From positions 1-45,023 of the forward strand of contig CAJJBM010000012.1 of assembly GCA_905182445.1 (NCBI GenBank): 45,023 bases of DNA, given 5' to 3'. A model generated the notes under the pieces. It was given only the letters and a program-made list of their open reading frames with translations. It was not told where the DNA came from and did no database searches. The translations under genes were made by a program, and so were the position numbers. Below, piece after piece: positions 40,517 to 45,023 of this stretch (position 1 is the stretch's first letter; every line of letters starts with the position of its first letter). This DNA comes from Pelagibacteraceae bacterium AG-422-B15. GTDB lineage: Bacteria; Pseudomonadota; Alphaproteobacteria; Pelagibacterales; AG-422-B15.

Positions 40517-40675
40517 TTAAAAGTCTGAAGTAATTCCTTTTTTTTCCCAATCACCAAATCTTGTTGGCTCAGGACCGTCTTGTCCACCAATCTCTTTTTT
40601 GAGATTTTTTTTCTTAGTGGAATCTACTTCAGTTTTTTCTGATTTTAGATCTTTATTTAAATCATCAACTTCCAT
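40517..40675 (-). CDS. DUF1674 family protein (SDHAF4/Sdh8-like), 52 aa (not in ORF track)
   Basis: Manual translation MEVDDLNKDLKSEKTEVDSTKKKNLKKEIGGQDGPEPTRFGDWEKKGITSDF, with hallmark EIGG..GPEPTR.GDWE.KG..SDF. GGAG SD upstream. Overlaps the pseudoazurin stop. Confidence 0.93.
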   Translation of the reverse strand: MEVDDLNKDLKSEKTEVDSTKKKNLKKEIGGQDGPEPTRFGDWEKKGITSDF

Positions 40676-41108
40676 TTTTAATTTGCTCCAATAGTACCTT
40701 GGCTAGCTTTTTTGATTTACCAGGATATTTAATTTTAGCAACTTGATCGAAGTTTGACAAATCATTATCTACAATCACAAATGCAATCATACCTAAACCA
40801 TAGTGCGGCGTACAATTGTATGCATATATACCAGCAGTATTAAAGGTATACTCAGCGTCAGAATTAAGCTTCGACTTATAAAGCTCAACACCATCTGGAA
40901 CACCTTTTTTAGTAAAAGCAACATTGTGCCCCTTATCTGCGGCAATCCATTTAACGGTATCACCAGAATTAACATAGATAATACTTGGGTTATAAAGGTT
41001 ACGCTCTTTTTCGAGTTTATTAAGCATTTGCACCTCATAAGTCTCCGCAAATGCAGAAGAGATTAAAAATAGGGTAAATGCAATAATGTATAGTGTTATA
41101 TTTTTCAT
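40665..41108 (-). CDS. pseudoazurin (type 1 blue copper protein)
   Basis: Signal peptide, EVQMLN, GDTVKW..DKGHNV, Y.CTPHYGLGM (His, Cys, His, Met ligands), C-terminal helices. Confidence 0.92.
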   Translation of the reverse strand: MKNITLYIIAFTLFLISSAFAETYEVQMLNKLEKERNLYNPSIIYVNSGDTVKWIAADKGHNVAFTKKGVPDGVELYKSKLNSDAEYTFNTAGIYAYNCTPHYGLGMIAFVIVDNDLSNFDQVAKIKYPGKSKKLAKVLLEQIKNGS

Positions 41109-41150
41109 AAGTGTCTATATAATTCTAATTTATTAACCGTCAACAATACA

Positions 41151-42431
41151 ATGTCTTTATTAAACGATCAACGAACTGTAACACTGGAAATTGCCAATGA
41201 ATTCACGTGTGGCAAAACGCCACTCAATGAAGTCATCGAACACTTTTATAATAATAAAGTAGCTAGAGAGATAAAAAACAAAAGATCAGAAACCAAATTT
41301 ATTTTATCTGTACTATGTAGGAAGCTTTTTGAAATCGACAATATCATTGATCAACTAACTGATAAAAATATATCTCCACGTAATATCATGGTTAGAAACT
41401 GTATTCGCATTGCACTTATTGAACTTATTGATTTAGAACGACCTGCTTATGCCGTGATTAACTCTTGGGTAGAAATTGCAAAAAATAAAAAGCGTTTAAT
41501 GCACTTTAGTAAATTAATTAATGCCGTACTTAGAAAATTTTTAAAAAATAATACTCAATCCACCTTAGATGAATCAAAAAGAATTCCTGGTTGGCTTTGG
41601 GATTCTTGGTCAAAAACTTATGGCAAAACTGAAACTATAAAAATAATAAATGCTTCATTATCAGAACCTCCATTAGATATTAGCTATGTTGATCAAGAGA
41701 ATAATTTTCTTGAATTACAAAATACGTTACCAGGAAGTTATAGGTTAAATAATCCAGGTAAAATAATTGAAATTGATGGTTTTAAGGAAGGCAAGTGGTG
41801 GGTGCAAGATGTCGGTGCAACCATACCTGCTAATATTTTAGGGAATATAAAAAATAAAAATGTACTTGATTTATGCTCAGCTCCAGGTGGTAAAGCTATG
41901 CAATTAGTTGCAATGGGTGCAAATGTAACATGTGTAGAAATATCAAGGAAAAGAATTGATACTATGAAAGATAATTTTCAACGCACTGGTTTGAAACCTG
42001 AAGTTATTTGTGCCGATGTTTTAAAATGGCAACCAGAAAAAAAATATGACTTTATTTTACTGGACGCTCCTTGTTCAGCAACTGGTACAATTCGTAAAAA
42101 CCCTGATTTAATTCATATAAAAGATCAACAAGATATAAAATCTAATATCAAATTACAAAAAATGCTTTTAGAACAATCAGTTGAATTTTTAAATAATGAC
42201 GGTGTTCTAGTTTATTGTGTCTGTTCATTAGAATATGAAGAAGGCGAAGGTCAGATTGAAGCTTTTCTTAAAGATAATACCTCAATTTCTAGTATGCCAA
42301 TTAATAAAGATGACTTTCCTGAATACCAAGCCTTCATTTCACCTAAAGGTTATTTGAACACACTACCACATTTGCAAGAAGAAGGTGGCATTGACGGTTT
42401 TTTTATCTCTAAATTATATAAAAAGTTTTAA
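41151..42431 (+). CDS. rsmB: RsmB/Sun-type rRNA m5C methyltransferase with NusB-like N-terminus
   Basis: INAVLR, WWVQD, LDLCSAPGGK, LLDAPCSATGTIRKNP, YCVCSL, DGFF. Confidence 0.92.
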   Translation: MSLLNDQRTVTLEIANEFTCGKTPLNEVIEHFYNNKVAREIKNKRSETKFILSVLCRKLFEIDNIIDQLTDKNISPRNIMVRNCIRIALIELIDLERPAYAVINSWVEIAKNKKRLMHFSKLINAVLRKFLKNNTQSTLDESKRIPGWLWDSWSKTYGKTETIKIINASLSEPPLDISYVDQENNFLELQNTLPGSYRLNNPGKIIEIDGFKEGKWWVQDVGATIPANILGNIKNKNVLDLCSAPGGKAMQLVAMGANVTCVEISRKRIDTMKDNFQRTGLKPEVICADVLKWQPEKKYDFILLDAPCSATGTIRKNPDLIHIKDQQDIKSNIKLQKMLLEQSVEFLNNDGVLVYCVCSLEYEEGEGQIEAFLKDNTSISSMPINKDDFPEYQAFISPKGYLNTLPHLQEEGGIDGFFISKLYKKF

Positions 42432-42466
42432 TCTCTAGAGGCTTTTGATATAAGAAAGATAGCTCC

Positions 42467-43126
42467 ATGACAAATAAGATTAAAGTTTCACCATCAATTT
42501 TAGCATCAGATTTTTCTAAACTTGGTGAGGAAGTTGCTGCTCTTGCAAAAGCAGGAGCTGACTATATTCATGTAGATGTAATGGATGGTCATTTTGTTCC
42601 AAACATTTCCATGGGACCAAGTATTGTAAAATCAGTAAGAGATCGAACCTCAATTCCATTTGATGTTCATTTAATGATTGACCCTATAGAGCCGTACATA
42701 GAAGAATTTATAAAAGCTGGTGCTAACATCATATCCATTCATCCTGAGGCAAATGATGATATTGATAAATGTATTGATAAAATTAAATCACATAATGTTA
42801 AAGCAGGCTTAGCAATTAATCCTGATACTGAATGGGAAGTGGTATTACCCTTCTTAGACAAGCTTGATATAATTGTAGTAATGAGTGTGCATCCAGGTTT
42901 TGGTGGACAAAAATTTATTCCAGCAGCATTAGAAAAATTAAAATTATTAAGAAAAAAAATTGATGATTCTCATCCTCATATCGAACTTGAAATAGATGGT
43001 GGGGTTAATTTTGAAAATATCGAATCTATTCTTGAAGCTGGTGCCGATGTTATTGTTGCTGGTACGACAACATTTACAGGTGGTGAAAAAGAATATGCAA
43101 ACAATATATCTAGATTAAGAGGTTAA
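42467..43126 (+). CDS. rpe: ribulose-phosphate 3-epimerase
   Basis: SPSILASDF, HVDVMDGHFVPN, DVHLM, MSVHPGFGGQKF, EIDGG. Confidence 0.98.
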   Translation: MTNKIKVSPSILASDFSKLGEEVAALAKAGADYIHVDVMDGHFVPNISMGPSIVKSVRDRTSIPFDVHLMIDPIEPYIEEFIKAGANIISIHPEANDDIDKCIDKIKSHNVKAGLAINPDTEWEVVLPFLDKLDIIVVMSVHPGFGGQKFIPAALEKLKLLRKKIDDSHPHIELEIDGGVNFENIESILEAGADVIVAGTTTFTGGEKEYANNISRLRG

Positions 43127-43131
43127 TAGTC

Positions 43132-44706
43132 TTGGATATAAAAATTAAGACTGCTTTAATATCTGTCTCAGATAAATCAGGTTTAGATCTAGTCATTAAA
43201 AAACTACATGAAGAAAAAGTCAAACTTATATCTACAGGAGGTACTGCTCAATTCATAAGAGATATGAATATACCAGTAACTGATGTGAGTGATGTTACAA
43301 ATTTTCCTGAAATGATGGATGGTCGTATCAAAACATTACATCCAAATGTTCACGGTGGGTTACTGGCAGTTAGAAATAATCAAAGTCATAAAGAATCCCA
43401 AGAAAAGTATAATATTGAAAATATAGATCTACTGATTGTTAATTTATATCCATTTGAAAATACAGTAAATGCAGAGGTTAAAGATGAAATTTGTGTTGAA
43501 AATATTGATATTGGAGGACCCGCAATGCTTCGCTCTGCGTCAAAAAACCATAAGTATGTTTGTGTAGTTAGTGATATTTCTGATTATAGTGGCTTGATAG
43601 ATGAATTAAGTAAGAATACGGGCAAGACTTCTATAAATTTTAGAACTAAGTGTGCAGCTGTAACATTTGAGCGGACAGCTCACTATGATGGAATTATCAG
43701 TAACTGGTTTAAAAGAAATAGCAATGACCTTAAAGAAAATTTTATTGCACCTGCTACGCTCAGTAAAAAACTTCGCTATGGTGAAAATCCACATCAAGAT
43801 GCTGGTATCTACAAAAACTCAGTTCATAGTTCCGGCATACCAAGTGCTAATTTAATTCAAGGAAAGGAACTTAGTTATAATAATTTAAATGATGCAGATG
43901 CTGCTCTTCAGTTAATTAAAGAATTCGATCCTAGCAATGATTGTACAGTTGCAATAATTAAACACGCTAATCCATGTGGAGTTGCATCTGGAATTAATTT
44001 GTTGGATGCTTATGAAAAAGCTTTTGCATGTGATCCTTCAAGTGCCTTTGGTGGAATTATAGCTTTAAATCAAATATTAGATGAAGAAACTGCAAAAAAA
44101 ATAATTGAAGTGTTTACTGAGGTAATTATTGCACCGGCAATAACAGATGATGCAAAAAAAATTATTGCCTCAAAGAAAAATTTAAGACTACTCATTCTAG
44201 AAAATATGTTTGAAAATACTATTTCACATAATTTTAAAAGTATAGAAGGTGGGGTTTTATTTCAGTCTAATGACAACCACAAACTATCAATTTTAGATTT
44301 AAATATAGTAACTAAAGTGAAACCTACTACCCACCAAACTGCAGATATGCTGTTTGCTTTCAAAGTTTGTAAACACGTAAAATCTAATGCCATAGTTTAT
44401 GTTAAAAATAATAAGACTATTGGCATTGGTGCAGGACAAATGAGTCGGATAAATAGTGCAAGCGTTGCCGTAATAAAAAATAATGAAATGAAAGATTATC
44501 AATTAGATGAAAATTCACTTAAAGAATGTACAGTTGCATCGGATGCTTTTTTTCCTTTTCCAGATGGACTCCTTGTGGCAATAAAATCTGGTGCCACTTC
44601 AGTAATTCAGCCTGGTGGCTCAATGAATGATCAAGATGTGATTAAAGCGGCTGATGATGCAGGGATTACAATGGCTTTTACAGGTGTGCGCCACTTTAAA
44701 CACTAA
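43132..44706 (+). CDS. purH: bifunctional AICAR transformylase/IMP cyclohydrolase
   Basis: ALISVSDK, KTLHP, NIDIGGP, LRYGENPHQ, KHANPCG, ASDAFFPF, RHFKH. Confidence 0.98.
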   Translation: MDIKIKTALISVSDKSGLDLVIKKLHEEKVKLISTGGTAQFIRDMNIPVTDVSDVTNFPEMMDGRIKTLHPNVHGGLLAVRNNQSHKESQEKYNIENIDLLIVNLYPFENTVNAEVKDEICVENIDIGGPAMLRSASKNHKYVCVVSDISDYSGLIDELSKNTGKTSINFRTKCAAVTFERTAHYDGIISNWFKRNSNDLKENFIAPATLSKKLRYGENPHQDAGIYKNSVHSSGIPSANLIQGKELSYNNLNDADAALQLIKEFDPSNDCTVAIIKHANPCGVASGINLLDAYEKAFACDPSSAFGGIIALNQILDEETAKKIIEVFTEVIIAPAITDDAKKIIASKKNLRLLILENMFENTISHNFKSIEGGVLFQSNDNHKLSILDLNIVTKVKPTTHQTADMLFAFKVCKHVKSNAIVYVKNNKTIGIGAGQMSRINSASVAVIKNNEMKDYQLDENSLKECTVASDAFFPFPDGLLVAIKSGATSVIQPGGSMNDQDVIKAADDAGITMAFTGVRHFKH

Positions 44707-44753
44707 TAATTGATTGTAGTAATTAGCTATATTTTAATAGCTAGTAAAAGTTA

Positions 44754-45023
44754 CTAAGTTTTATTTTTTTGATAATTAATTATACCATAAATTATTAAGC
44801 AGATTAATCCAAAAATAGTAATCCATTTGAATGAGGTAATAGTGCTTGCTATCATTACCTGTGTTTCATCTAAATTTAAATAGTTTAAGTTCATATAAAC
44901 GATATTAATATTTTCAATTATATCTAATAGAAATGCTGTAGCCGGGATAAATAAAATCAGATTATTATTTTTAAACAACTTAACATAAGCTCCCAAAATC
45001 AAAGATGTATATAAAATTGGGTA
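44754..45023 (-). CDS. hypothetical membrane protein, 3' part (true start lies beyond the window end)
   Basis: Frame stays open to the window edge (YPILYTSLILGAY...). Hydrophobic helices with YP..Y, D..EN and AS..T..KW pattern. Confidence 0.7.
   Translation of the reverse strand, partial: YPILYTSLILGAYVKLFKNNNLILFIPATAFLLDIIENINIVYMNLNYLNLDETQVMIASTITSFKWITIFGLICLIIYGIINYQKNKT

Noticed and set aside
40357-40590. 77-aa minus-strand ORF overlapping the acs 3' end
   Set aside because: Wrong frame. The real gene here is DUF1674 at 40517-40675.
627-44502. Short ORF-track entries nested in or antisense to real genes (e.g. 627-818, 2179-2487, 2515-2838, 10530-10808, 11762-12055, 12398-12781, 19454-19737, 29477-29749, 30588-30836, 40793-41066, 43606-43855, 44299-44502)
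   Set aside because: They overlap well-supported conserved genes, have no recognisable motifs, and look like shadow frames.
44724-44743. tagctat/atagcta hairpin after purH as a terminator
   Set aside because: Only a 7-bp AT-rich stem with no clear U-tract. Too weak to call.

Overview
A gene-dense, AT-rich 45 kb window from a streamlined alphaproteobacterium, probably marine and SAR11-like. That placement is inferred from composition, tiny intergenic gaps and gene order. Most of it is housekeeping: rpsP, ffh (with a structured 5' leader RNA), dapF, ftsY, a contiguous ccmABCDEFGH operon, acnA, htpG, argG, rlmN, folD, hemCD, tsaD, gpsA, acs, rsmB, rpe and purH. Three real genes are missing from the ORF track: rpsP (partial, with a 21-bp tandem repeat tail), ccmD (9542-9700) and a DUF1674/SDHAF4-like gene (40517-40675). 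I found no rRNA, tRNA, CRISPR array or mobile element. Two cell-envelope modules stand out. (1) At 20124-21976, an intimin/invasin-type inverse autotransporter beta-barrel with no passenger domain is coupled to a separately exported, 6-Cys, beta-rich protein, which is a candidate two-partner inverse autotransporter. (2) At 27842-34278, a very large (1002 aa) DUF1302 outer-membrane barrel with four Cys pairs in Ala/Thr/Gly-rich insertions is followed by DUF1329, a YCF48-like protein and an SDR, without the usual RND/MMPL gene. All family calls are from motif recognition, not database searches.
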